Shown one piece after another: positions 21,089-30,889 of a DNA stretch of 64,000 nt. This DNA comes from a candidate division FCPU426 bacterium (GTDB lineage Bacteria; Oederibacteriota; Muellerivitia; Muellerivitales; Muellerivitaceae). The position numbers and the translations under genes are program-made. The stretch is taken from the NCBI GenBank assembly GCA_963847625.1, contig CAWKAR010000033.1, forward strand, positions 79,780 to 143,779. Reading direction: 5' to 3'. The notes beneath the pieces are model-generated. The model was not told where the DNA came from and did not search any database. It saw nothing but the letters and a program-made list of their open reading frames with translations. Position 1 is the stretch's first letter. The number at the start of each line of letters is the position of its first letter.

Positions 21089-23245
21089 TTAACTTGCCCC
21101 ATTCCCCTGTGGTTTATCCTGGAAAATTTTTTCCTGCGGCTGTTTATGGTTATCCCGGAGGATCCGATCGAGAATTTTAATATTCTCCCAGGCTGAATTG
21201 GAATTATACGGGGATAAAACAGCTTTTTGAAAAGCGGACCGGGCCTCAGCGAACCTTCCCATATCAGTCAAAAGCGACCCTTCTAGGTAATAGAGATGAG
21301 GGACTGGAAAACCTTTTTTTATGGCTTGTTGAAAGGCTTGAAGAGCGCCCAAACTGTCCTGAATGGAAACACGATGAAAAGCCACTTTCTCCCATAGGCA
21401 GGTCATTAGAAAGGGATCCGACTTGACAGTAGGTTCGATTTCCAGGAGCTGACGGATGATTGGTAACTTCGATTCACCCATAAAAAGATCGAAAGTTTGA
21501 GAAGTAATGGGTTGAAGGCGTCTATTGAACTCGTACCAGGAGCGAAGGGTTTGGATGTTGAAGGGATCGACAGGTATGACGCCGAGCATTTCATTTTGTT
21601 CCAGCCAGTACCAATGGCCAGTTGGAAAGGCTTTTGACAAGAACTGCCTGTAATCAGGATGGACCAGAAGGGCGGCCCAACGCGCCTCCGAGAAAGGGAT
21701 CCGATTGTTACGGGCAGCATTGAATGAATATGTGGCAATGGTAAGAGTTTGATCCCCGATTTCAGGGCGAAATTCCGAAAGTATCATGCCGGGGCCTTTT
21801 TCCTTGTTTATTTTTTCCAAAATTCCATAAGCCCTCCAGTATTGGATTAATTTCAAATGATTCCAAGCGGGCCCAGGCGTTCCCCCAAGGCGGTGATAGG
21901 GACCTTCCAAATGGTAAAGGTCCAAAGTGATCGAAGCCAACAACAGCAGGACCATTCCCGCCGACTTCCAGGAGGAAAACTTGCCCGGCCTGAAAAACAA
22001 GTCGAACCATCCCAGGCAGGAGATAAAAACCAGCAACGGAAAAATTTGAGTCATCCGGAATATTTCAAACCCTTGGGCGAGAAAACCCGGCAAAGAAAAC
22101 AGGATCAAGCTAAACAAAATCCATTGGAAAAAACCCTGACGGCGGTACTGGATGCATTTCAAGATGCCCAGGAAGAAACCTGTGTCCAGGATGGGATTCA
22201 GCATGCCGCCCCAAAGGGGACCGAAACAATTAGGCGGGCTGGCCGCCCAAAAAAGGGAGGCCCATTTGAGGAAGCCTTCCGTAATTGAAGCGGCCCAATC
22301 CGAATCTGGAGAAAAAGCCCAAATATGTTTTACGTGTACACCGTTGTTTAATTTCCATGAAAGGAAGAAAAATATTCCGGTAAAAAAAAACAAGGGTAGA
22401 GCCATTGAAAATAATATTTTTATCGTCTGGGGACCTTTTTGTTTTATAGGACCAATCACCGCCGATATAACACAAAGAGCCACCACGGGCCAGGCCGCAC
22501 CGGTGAAAAAACCAATCCCGACCACCATTCCTAAACCAAAAGCGGACAAAAAAAGAGCAGCAGGAGTTGACGATCTTAAGAGTTGTATCAAGGTAGTAAA
22601 AGCAAGGACTGTCCAAAAAAGTATTATGACATACCATACACAAAATTTAGCGGTGTAAAGAAAAGGAAAACTAAAGGAAAAAAGTGCCAAAAGCATAAAA
22701 GAAAAATAATCGAAAAAAAACCGTCTATTAAACCAAGCCACGATAACGGTAAAAATTGAAACCAAGCCGGGAAAGAACCAAAGGGAAAAAAGGGATGGGG
22801 GAAAGATTTTAAAGAAAAGCGCCAAAAGCCATTGGGTGAGTGGCGGAACTTGGGCGTAGCTAAAAAAAAATTTCCAATCCCATTTTTTAGCTAATTCCAT
22901 TGCGTAATAACAGTAAAGTCCATCGTCTCCGGTGGGCCAAGTCGATAGGGTCGTCAATTGGGCTAGGCGTGGCAAACAAGCGAGAATGAGCAAGGACGAC
23001 CAACACCACCAAGGCAAAACAAATTGGTTGGGTTTTTTCCAGGGAATGGGTTGTTCCGCGGAGCCTAAGGGTACCCACCCAAAAGCCGCCACTAAGGGTA
23101 AGATAATTCCCGCAAGAACGACAACAAGTTTGATGTTTCCGGGAAGAGGAAAATACGATAGAAGCGTGTTGGTGAGCAGAAAAATAAAAAAATAGATCCA
23201 GGAGTTTTGAGGCAGGGAAACATTTTTATGAAAACAAGAGAACAT
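21089..23245 (-). CDS. GT-C glycosyltransferase, family A, with TPR (likely start MFSCF at 23245)
   Basis: RLAQLTTLSTWPTGDDG, WGGMLNP, SDPFL, KGFPVPHLYY, GRFAEARSAFQ. Confidence 0.85.
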   Translation of the reverse strand: MFSCFHKNVSLPQNSWIYFFIFLLTNTLLSYFPLPGNIKLVVVLAGIILPLVAAFGWVPLGSAEQPIPWKKPNQFVLPWWCWSSLLILACLPRLAQLTTLSTWPTGDDGLYCYYAMELAKKWDWKFFFSYAQVPPLTQWLLALFFKIFPPSLFSLWFFPGLVSIFTVIVAWFNRRFFFDYFSFMLLALFSFSFPFLYTAKFCVWYVIILFWTVLAFTTLIQLLRSSTPAALFLSAFGLGMVVGIGFFTGAAWPVVALCVISAVIGPIKQKGPQTIKILFSMALPLFFFTGIFFFLSWKLNNGVHVKHIWAFSPDSDWAASITEGFLKWASLFWAASPPNCFGPLWGGMLNPILDTGFFLGILKCIQYRRQGFFQWILFSLILFSLPGFLAQGFEIFRMTQIFPLLVFISCLGWFDLFFRPGKFSSWKSAGMVLLLLASITLDLYHLEGPYHRLGGTPGPAWNHLKLIQYWRAYGILEKINKEKGPGMILSEFRPEIGDQTLTIATYSFNAARNNRIPFSEARWAALLVHPDYRQFLSKAFPTGHWYWLEQNEMLGVIPVDPFNIQTLRSWYEFNRRLQPITSQTFDLFMGESKLPIIRQLLEIEPTVKSDPFLMTCLWEKVAFHRVSIQDSLGALQAFQQAIKKGFPVPHLYYLEGSLLTDMGRFAEARSAFQKAVLSPYNSNSAWENIKILDRILRDNHKQPQEKIFQDKPQGNGAS

Positions 23246-23255
23246 TAGTCCTATT

Positions 23256-24590
23256 TTATGTTTTTTTGCCAAGGACTTCTTGAGCTTTCTCCGCAGCCTT
23301 GTGGCCCGAAAGGCAGGCGCCCTCGATGGTGGCCGGGAGTCCGGTATCGGTAAAGTCGCCGGCCAGGAAGATATGGGGGAAAGGCGTCTCACAAGGAGGT
23401 CTCAGGGAGTCCGTTTCCCGTGACCAGCGGAAGGTCGCCGACATTTCACGAGTGACTTTAGAATGAAGCACCTGGGCTTTCCGGGCTAATGGACAACGAA
23501 CCTTTAATTCTTCCGCCGCCAAGTCCACCAGTTCCTTATCCGTCATTCGGGAGAGTTTTTCGGCGGCGCTGGCCGTGAAGCTGAGGTACTGGCCCTCCCC
23601 CCTCCAATTCCAGTTGGCGTTGCGGTTGAAAACCCACTCGAATTGGGCGCCTGACAGCCCCACCAGGGACTCGCAGGTGACTTCCAGGGAGAGGATCAAG
23701 TGAACCGACAGGATGGGGGATTTGCCCAGTTTTGGCAGGGTTTCCAAGGCGGGCCAGCTTCCTTTCGGCCAAACGGCGTGAAGGGAAGCGGGGGAAACGG
23801 CCAGGACCAGGGCATCGCCGGAATAAGTTTTTCCAGATCGGCCGGTGAGAGTGAAATCATTTCCATGAACTTGAATTGTTTGGATTCTCTCATGAAAATG
23901 AACCATCCCCCCTTTTTCTTCAAGGTAAGGAGCCACCTGGGGAAAGGCTAATTCGCTCAAGGGTTTGATGGCGAGCCCAAAGGCGCTGTCAAAGCGGGAA
24001 CCGAAGAAAACATGGTGAAGCACCTCTCCCAGGCCCCTCAGGGGGGCGATATCCGTCCCTATGTTCATCACCGCGTTGGAAAGAGGAACCCAGAACCTTT
24101 TCCGGGCGGCGGGACCTTGGCCCGAGGCGTCTAAAAATTGGGAGACAGTCTCCAAGCCAGGATTGATCTTGAAGGGTTTTTTTGAAAAAACCAAGAGAGC
24201 CCTGGCCAGGCTTATTTTTTCCCCGAAGGGAAAGGCGTTGGAAGTCAGAAGGCCATAGGCCAAGTGGAAAGGCGCGGGAAAGCGAGCGCATTGAAGCGAT
24301 ACTTTTCCCCCGGGTGTGAGCCAGGAAAGACGCAGGGGATCGATCCATCGGAAAGAATTTTCCACCCCCAAGCGTCTTAACAGCGCCAATGTTTCCCGGT
24401 AACAACCCATGAAAAGATGCGGGCCATTGTCGCAGGCATAGGGAAAAGCCTTGGTGGGGGCGGTGGAATAGACTCGGCCGCCCAAAAACCCGCGGGATTC
24501 CAGAAGGTCCACCGAATGGCCCTTTTGCGCCAAGGCAGTGGCGGCCGCCACTCCGGCAAAACCACCCCCGACCACCAGGACCTTCGGCAT
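23256..24590 (-). CDS. hpnE: Hydroxysqualene dehydroxylase (FAD-dependent)
   Basis: VVGGGFAGVAAA, LGGR, DNGPHLFMGCY, LAGDFTDTGLPATIEGA; adjacent to hpnD. Confidence 0.9.
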   Translation of the reverse strand: MPKVLVVGGGFAGVAAATALAQKGHSVDLLESRGFLGGRVYSTAPTKAFPYACDNGPHLFMGCYRETLALLRRLGVENSFRWIDPLRLSWLTPGGKVSLQCARFPAPFHLAYGLLTSNAFPFGEKISLARALLVFSKKPFKINPGLETVSQFLDASGQGPAARKRFWVPLSNAVMNIGTDIAPLRGLGEVLHHVFFGSRFDSAFGLAIKPLSELAFPQVAPYLEEKGGMVHFHERIQTIQVHGNDFTLTGRSGKTYSGDALVLAVSPASLHAVWPKGSWPALETLPKLGKSPILSVHLILSLEVTCESLVGLSGAQFEWVFNRNANWNWRGEGQYLSFTASAAEKLSRMTDKELVDLAAEELKVRCPLARKAQVLHSKVTREMSATFRWSRETDSLRPPCETPFPHIFLAGDFTDTGLPATIEGACLSGHKAAEKAQEVLGKKT

Positions 24591-24629
24591 GAAAACCTCC
24601 TAAGATCACCCGGCCATTTACCGGATGGA

Positions 24630-25463
24630 TTAAAGCCACTTCAGCAAAAAACACCGGCCCATGGCGCCAAGAACCGAAAGGCCCTTATCCAATGAAGTCA
24701 AGGAAACCCTTCCCTCTAGGATTTTCTGCGGATGAATCCTTAATTGTTGGAAGAGCTTCACGTAAACAGCGGCAATGGCCTCGGCTGTTTTCAGCTCGCC
24801 CCTCTCCCGGGGAGTGAGGACCGCGCGGGCTTTCTCCAAAAAAGACCAGGCCCGGTCCAATTGGAATTCGATGAAGGAAACCCAATTGGAATCGTTCTCT
24901 CCGATCACGGCGGGATTTACATGGAAGCGTTTGAAATCCACTTGGGGGAAATACCGGCGTTTAAGGCCCGTGTCCTCCAGATAATCCCTCGTGATATTGA
25001 CCAATTGCAGGAAAACCCCCAGATTTTCCGCGTAGCTGCGGTGGGCGGGGTCCTTGTAACCGAATATTTCCATGCTGGAAAGGCCTGGACCTCCCGCCAC
25101 CTTCAAAGCATAGTTGTGGAGTTCCCGGAAGGATTTGAACTGGACGGGCTTCAAATCCATTTCCACCCCTGAAACAACGCGCCAAAGGGGTTCGGAGGAC
25201 AGCCTGTGACGGATCACCACTGCCTGAAGCTTTTGGAACAGGGGTTGACCAGCTTTTCCTGCGAGACAACCCTTGAGGTCCCGCTTGAAATCCGCCAACT
25301 TCTTTCTTTTGATGGGTAACGGGTCGGTTCCATCCGAAATTTCGTCTGCTTCCCAACAAAACCGGTAGAGGACCTCCATGGCTTCCCTCTTATCCCGGGG
25401 AAGAAGGAGCAGGGGCAAATAGAAACTGGTTTTTTTCCGAAGCAAGCCATCCTGGGGATTCAC
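24630..25463 (-). CDS. hpnD: Presqualene diphosphate synthase (GTG start after GGAGG)
   Basis: TSFY, LYRFCWEADEISD, GVEMDL, QLVNITRDYLED; squalene/phytoene synthase family. Confidence 0.85.
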   Translation of the reverse strand: MNPQDGLLRKKTSFYLPLLLLPRDKREAMEVLYRFCWEADEISDGTDPLPIKRKKLADFKRDLKGCLAGKAGQPLFQKLQAVVIRHRLSSEPLWRVVSGVEMDLKPVQFKSFRELHNYALKVAGGPGLSSMEIFGYKDPAHRSYAENLGVFLQLVNITRDYLEDTGLKRRYFPQVDFKRFHVNPAVIGENDSNWVSFIEFQLDRAWSFLEKARAVLTPRERGELKTAEAIAAVYVKLFQQLRIHPQKILEGRVSLTSLDKGLSVLGAMGRCFLLKWL

Positions 25464-25473
25464 CAATCCCTCC
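25312..25473. repeat. Direct repeat copy 1 (hpnD RBS and 5' end)
   Basis: 162 bp nearly identical to 27432..27592 (4 substitutions and one T-run indel). Confidence 0.95.
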
Positions 25474-25575
25474 TCACAGATTCTAAATGACGCGGTCAAA
25501 ATTAAAGAAAGTAAATTCCTTTTGTTTTAATAAGTTAATTTAAACTTTTTCCAGAAAGTCATTGGACTGTGTAGT

Positions 25576-27273
25576 TTACCTGTTCAAATGGTATCCGGAG
25601 AAAGAAAAACTTCGGTAGGGAGGGATGGCGTTTGGATAATAGGGAAAAGAGTTGATGATGGCCGAATTGTCCTTCGCTGGCGCAATCGAAGTGCCAGGTA
25701 TTTCATAATAATAGATGGTTCCTCCCACGTTTCCAGTTGGTCGTAAGCGTCCCACCCAAGGGGATTTTTTAAAAAAGAGAAAGTCATAATTGAAAGAACC
25801 CAGGATAGTGGGGCTCAGAACATAAACTGTTCCCGGCTGGGGCCACGAAAGGTCCCGCTGGGTCCATGGTTCCCAAGAAAGGCCATAAAAATAAGGGTCC
25901 GTCCTCATGCCCGAAATGAACTTCACCTTTTTCCAATCCTTTTGAAGGGCTGTTTCCGCCAGGCGTTTCATGTCCTGCCCCAAATTCCAGTCATAGATGT
26001 ATAAGCAGGAGGTTTTTTGTTCCGTGGTCATGAAGTCGTTGGCGTAGGCAATATGATGAGGAAAATTGCAAATCGTGGTCAAGGGATGCCAGGCCAGCAA
26101 AAGAATCGGAAAAGCCTTAACGATGGCCGAGGAATGGGAACGGAGTGTTTCCCAAAGCCGTTGAAAAACCCTGGCCGAGATGAGTATGAGAAAGGGATAA
26201 ATAGGGAGGGCGTGCCGGATGAGCATGGATTTATCAAGAAAATAAAAAACTGCCAAATAAACAAGGGGTGGAACCCACAGACAGGGTGGAAGTGAAATTT
26301 TCCTCCTTAACACGGCTGCGACTGCCAGGCCAACGAGACAGAAAAATGGAACGGTGTTTTTAAAGAAGAAATGATAGGGGAAATTGAGGTAGGAACCGTT
26401 CGGCCAGAATCTCCCGGCAAAGAAAATTGGATGACTGGAAATGTCCGGTTGAATATCGGCATAAATTTGCAGGTAATGCAAATAAAAGTGGAGGGGCCAG
26501 GGATGGCTGGCCACAAGAATGGTTCCTGGCAGGTACACCAGGGAAACGCTTACGAGAAAACCCAAAAGTCCGGACAGCCACAGAGGGACCCTTCCGGCCC
26601 ACTTTTTCCGCCCGCCTTCCGTTTCGCGGCAAAAAAGGATTTCAAGGACCAGAATAGACGGCAGGACCAACATGCCGTTGTAACGGGTGGCAGCCGCCAA
26701 TCCAGCCAGAAGACCCGAAATAAAAAAAGGTAAAATCCGCCCTTTGGGCTGGATCCGGGAAAAATAGAACAGGCAAAGGAAAAACCAGAAAACCACAGCG
26801 ATATCCGTTTTAGCCGTACCGGTAAAGGCCAGAAGATTCGGCTCAAAAGCCCAAAGGACAAGGGCAGCCGCGCCCTCGACTAATGGGCCGTCACGGACTG
26901 TTCGGAAAAGGAGGAAGCCGATCAAAAGCCCCAGCAGCCAATTGATGTTTCGGCTCCAAAAAGTCATGGCGGTCAGGTGATCGTGATTGTCCATGAAAAG
27001 AAACCGTAAGGATCGGTCGACGTATACGGGTGGAAGGGTTGGGTCCAGCTTGAGGTTCATCCCCAGGAGCGGAAGGGCACAAAGGGCGCCCGGTGCGGTG
27101 TTGCCCCAGGGCGTCCAAACGTCACCTGTTTTGAGGTAGTAATAAGATGCCGTGAGTTCCCATTCCTCGTCCATGACGATGGAATCGCTCCACCAACGGG
27201 GAATGATTTGGAGGCTAAAGAAAATGGCGCAAGCGAGAAAACATTTCCAAAGCGTGTTAGATGTTCGGGTCAT
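25576..27273 (-). CDS. GT-C (GT39/ArnT-like) glycosyltransferase; start uncertain (27273 or 27387)
   Basis: SIVMDEEW acidic loop, AFEPNLLA, AKTD, RHALPIYP, DWNLGQD; multi-TM. Confidence 0.75.
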   Translation of the reverse strand: MTRTSNTLWKCFLACAIFFSLQIIPRWWSDSIVMDEEWELTASYYYLKTGDVWTPWGNTAPGALCALPLLGMNLKLDPTLPPVYVDRSLRFLFMDNHDHLTAMTFWSRNINWLLGLLIGFLLFRTVRDGPLVEGAAALVLWAFEPNLLAFTGTAKTDIAVVFWFFLCLFYFSRIQPKGRILPFFISGLLAGLAAATRYNGMLVLPSILVLEILFCRETEGGRKKWAGRVPLWLSGLLGFLVSVSLVYLPGTILVASHPWPLHFYLHYLQIYADIQPDISSHPIFFAGRFWPNGSYLNFPYHFFFKNTVPFFCLVGLAVAAVLRRKISLPPCLWVPPLVYLAVFYFLDKSMLIRHALPIYPFLILISARVFQRLWETLRSHSSAIVKAFPILLLAWHPLTTICNFPHHIAYANDFMTTEQKTSCLYIYDWNLGQDMKRLAETALQKDWKKVKFISGMRTDPYFYGLSWEPWTQRDLSWPQPGTVYVLSPTILGSFNYDFLFFKKSPWVGRLRPTGNVGGTIYYYEIPGTSIAPAKDNSAIINSFPYYPNAIPPYRSFSFSGYHLNR

Positions 27274-27431
27274 ATTTGGATTATATTTGAACGGCAACCG
27301 ACAGGTATCCTCAACTTGTCTTTTTTTAAAAAAAGTAAAGGGTGTATATTCCGGTTTTTTCGATTCATTACCTCTTATATCCACCATGCATCTGGCTCTT
27401 GGATGGGTATATATCGATTCACCCTGGGCCT

Positions 27432-27592
27432 ATGGGTAACGGGTCGGTTCCATCCGAAATCTCGTCTGCTTCCCAACAAAACCGGTAGAGGACCTCCATG
27501 GCTTCCTTCTTATCCCGGGGAAGAAAGAGCAGGGGCAAATAGAAACTGGTTTTTTCCGAAGCGAGCCATCCTGGGGATTCACCAATCCCTCC
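27432..27592 (-). pseudogene. Duplicated 5' fragment of hpnD (direct repeat copy 2)
   Basis: 161 bp copy of 25312..25473 including RBS and start; similarity ends abruptly at 27432. Confidence 0.9.
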
Positions 27593-28011
27593 CAAACACT
27601 CTTAAATTGGTGATTTAAATTAAAAAAAGATAGCTGAATTCAATCAGTAAGTGCAGCAAGTAGGCGAAAGACCTGCTCAAGCATTCTGAAACCAAAGCTT
27701 TTACAAGGACGGTTATTAAGAATTCATTCCATACGGTGTGCTTTCGCCAGAATTATGGTAGCAAAATAGGTCTTTTTGGGATAGAAGCGTCAAACCAAAT
27801 CAGAGGTATTTTCGATAATGCCTTATTCCTAACTTTGGAAAAACACACATAAAAGGAATGGATGCCAAATGCAATAATAACTTGTAGATGTTCAAAATTT
27901 TGGAGCTGTTATAAAGTGAAATAAGTAGGTGTGGACCTTTTACCAGTGACTAACACAAATTCTCCACGTTCTTTAATATTCAACGGTCCTGAACTTGATT
28001 GAATTACTCAA

Positions 28012-29598
28012 TCAATAGAGCCCAAGTTGCGGGTTGTTTTGGATCCGTTTTTCCAACTCTCCGCCTTTCCGCACCATAACGAGAAAATGACCGTCCTCTG
28101 GATAAGTCTGCCAAACTCTGTATTCTTTCTCAAACCAAGAAGCATTTTCTGGATAGCGTTTTTGATCGATAACAACCGCCTCAGGTTTTTTATTCTTCAG
28201 ATCTGCTTTCAATCGATTTGAAAGTTGGCCAACCATCGGACCTTCCTTTAAAAACCAAGCACAATATGCGCCGGTTGGAGGATCCCGTCGACTGGCAAAA
28301 TAAATTCCTAATTCGTTTCCGAAATGGTAAAAAGTTTCTTCTGGAAGCAAAACCTTATCCAGCGCCGTCCCGAGCCGTTGCGCATCCACAAAGGTCGCTT
28401 CGTAACGCTTCGTCGACCATTGATCCGCTGAAAGGAAATAAAAGGGAATTTCATGATAAAGAATCAAAAGTAACGCGATGGAGGGTAAGAAAAAGGCCCT
28501 AGACGTTGAAATCCTCCAAAGCAACGCGGCTGACCATCCCCCGGCCACCATCAAGACAGGAAGGCCTAATTGAAAATAATGTGGAAACCAATGACCTGAT
28601 GCATTGGTTTCAATAAAAACGGCGATACCGTAAGCCACTAAGACTTTCCAATAGGAATAATTCATTTTGTAAAAGCGGCCTGCTAAGAGGGTGGTCAAAA
28701 TTAAAAGAGGCCAAAGAATCCACCGGATATCACGGTAAAACATAAGTCCAGGGATCAAACCCTTGGCAAGATGATGCCAAATACTCCCCGCCAAATAGGA
28801 ATCGTATGTCACCAATGCATCCCAACAATCTTGAAAACGATTATGGATCGCGAAATAAATGAAAGTGAGTGCCCAAAATAAAAAAGAAGGAAGAACAAAA
28901 AGAATCAGTCTTGGAATATCCAGTTTCCATTTTCGATTTTTCCAAACCGCCAAACCCGACCCCAGGGCCAATAAAATCGGGAAAATCAGCATGGGATGCT
29001 TGTAACAAGCCGACAGGCCCCCAAGAAGACCGATACAACCGCAGCGGACCAACGACATGGGTTTATGACCCCAAACCGCCAAGGCGAAAGCGGAAGCCTG
29101 CAAGGCAATAACAAACACCTCGGTATTAGGTTCATTGGCCTCCAACATGAGGTCCGTGCACGAGGCGGCCCAAAACACCGCCGCCCAAAGGCCTCCGACC
29201 TCCCCCATGACACGACCCGCGGAATAAACAGCCACTAAGGTAACGCTCGCTGCCAAAAGCCAAAGCAAATAAAATTCAAAAGGCCCGTATCCGGCGATTT
29301 TTTCTCCCAAAGCATAGGTAATAAAAATGGCTGGCGGTGTGTTAACCCAAAGGTCCGTGAAAAGAAGCCGCCCCTTCAGCATTTCATGAGCTGTAACCGC
29401 ATAAATGTGGATATCGCGTTCCATAGGTTCCCGATAGGTGTGAAACCGGGCTGCTGCCATCACCGCCCAGAGCGCAAACAGGAAAAAAATTGAATAAATC
29501 GAAACTTTCCGGGGAGGGCCAGGGTTTTTGGGGGTTTGCGGTCCGATTTCTTCGATGGGGTAACCAGAAAAGTCTGCAACTCTATGTAACACTTTCAC
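28012..29598 (-). CDS. GT-C glycosyltransferase, family B
   Basis: MERDIHIYAVTAHEMLKGRLLFTDLW, ANEPNTE, PHYF, RKGGELEKR; homologous to 8236..9777. Confidence 0.8.
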   Translation of the reverse strand: MKVLHRVADFSGYPIEEIGPQTPKNPGPPRKVSIYSIFFLFALWAVMAAARFHTYREPMERDIHIYAVTAHEMLKGRLLFTDLWVNTPPAIFITYALGEKIAGYGPFEFYLLWLLAASVTLVAVYSAGRVMGEVGGLWAAVFWAASCTDLMLEANEPNTEVFVIALQASAFALAVWGHKPMSLVRCGCIGLLGGLSACYKHPMLIFPILLALGSGLAVWKNRKWKLDIPRLILFVLPSFLFWALTFIYFAIHNRFQDCWDALVTYDSYLAGSIWHHLAKGLIPGLMFYRDIRWILWPLLILTTLLAGRFYKMNYSYWKVLVAYGIAVFIETNASGHWFPHYFQLGLPVLMVAGGWSAALLWRISTSRAFFLPSIALLLILYHEIPFYFLSADQWSTKRYEATFVDAQRLGTALDKVLLPEETFYHFGNELGIYFASRRDPPTGAYCAWFLKEGPMVGQLSNRLKADLKNKKPEAVVIDQKRYPENASWFEKEYRVWQTYPEDGHFLVMVRKGGELEKRIQNNPQLGLY

Positions 29599-29750
29599 AA
29601 TTTATCCTTTAAATAAACCTCGCACAACTAAGTGTTCTGGCCAACATTCAACAATTTTTGAATATCACATACTTTGAAGTTTTCAAACGATTTGCATTTC
29701 CCACCAACGCATTAAACAATATAATTTTGGAAATTCAATACTTACAAGTC

Positions 29751-30623
29751 TTAAGTATTAAAAAGACCGGAAAAGGTTTTCAAAATTAAAAGTGTTTTAT
29801 CCAAGGGGTTCAAAACGGGACGACTTTCGAAAACATTGTAGTCCATATCCCGGATTTTATTCAGGGTTCCTTGGCCGCTCAGGTAAGTGGCCTTCAGTTC
29901 CAGCTTCAGGCGTCCGTCGACCGCGGAAAGAAGAGGATAACCCTGGCGGAAATAGTTCTCCGTAAAATCCACGGCATTTTTCACCAAATACCTGGTACCG
30001 TCCGAATTCTTTCCTTTAAAAAAATCCTGTTCCGCCAATCCGGCTTTTTTCCATTCTCTTTTGGGGTAATAGATCCGGTCGCGGCGTAAATCTATGGCGG
30101 TATCCTGCCAAAAGTTGATGAGTTGCAGACCGCCGCAAATGTAATCCGAGTAACGGTGGAGTTTCTCCTCGCGGATGCCTGAAATATAAAGCACCATGCG
30201 GCCCACGGGATTGGCGCTATGGCGGCAATAATAAAGCAAGGAGTTCCAAGTGGAATACCGGTGGATTCTCAAGTCCATCCGGTAGGCTTTTAGAAGGCAC
30301 AAGGGAAGCGATAAGGGTATTTGAAAGGTTTTGATCGTATGGGCGAAGGCCTGGAGGATGGGAGGCGCTTTCTTGCCCTTCAGGGCGTTTTGAAGCCCCT
30401 TTTCCCAACGGTTCAATGCGGAAAGGCGTTTTCCTTCGTAGGCTTCCTCATCAGCGAAGTCATCTGCGGCGCGGGCAAAAGTGTATAAAGCCGCCACATG
30501 GAGACGGCTTTCCCCGGGCAACATCCAGGAAGCCACGGGAAAATTCTCGTAATGGCTTTGGGCCAAGCGAAGGCATTCCCGGTAGGCCGATTCCAAGCCG
30601 GATGGAAAGGTGTATTTCATCAA
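29751..30623 (-). CDS. hpnC: Squalene-pathway synthase HpnC
   Basis: HYENFPVAS, FARAADDFADE, YCRHSANPVGR, LQLINFWQD. Confidence 0.92.
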   Translation of the reverse strand: MMKYTFPSGLESAYRECLRLAQSHYENFPVASWMLPGESRLHVAALYTFARAADDFADEEAYEGKRLSALNRWEKGLQNALKGKKAPPILQAFAHTIKTFQIPLSLPLCLLKAYRMDLRIHRYSTWNSLLYYCRHSANPVGRMVLYISGIREEKLHRYSDYICGGLQLINFWQDTAIDLRRDRIYYPKREWKKAGLAEQDFFKGKNSDGTRYLVKNAVDFTENYFRQGYPLLSAVDGRLKLELKATYLSGQGTLNKIRDMDYNVFESRPVLNPLDKTLLILKTFSGLFNT

Positions 30624-30889
30624 TCGCCATTATTCAGAAAAATAGGTTGGGGGAGAACTTAAAAAGGAAAAAACCCTAATAAAACCTTCTTCTGGGAGGC
30701 TTACCATCCCACCGAATGGTCCTCTGAGGGGCATTGGAGCCGGTCTGAAAATTCAGGAGAGAGGGGACTCTTTTTTTGCCATATTCCAAGCCATTTTGAG
30801 GGGAATACCTTTCAAAAGCGCAAAAACAAATGGGAAATGGTAAACTTCTTTCCTGTTTGACTACCCCTTAACTACGGAACTTTTTTGGA

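Noticed and set aside
25312..27592. The 161-bp repeat pair as a DGR template/variable repeat, given the Avd-like gene
   Set aside because: Mismatches are mixed transitions in both directions, not confined to adenines of one copy, and no RT is present.
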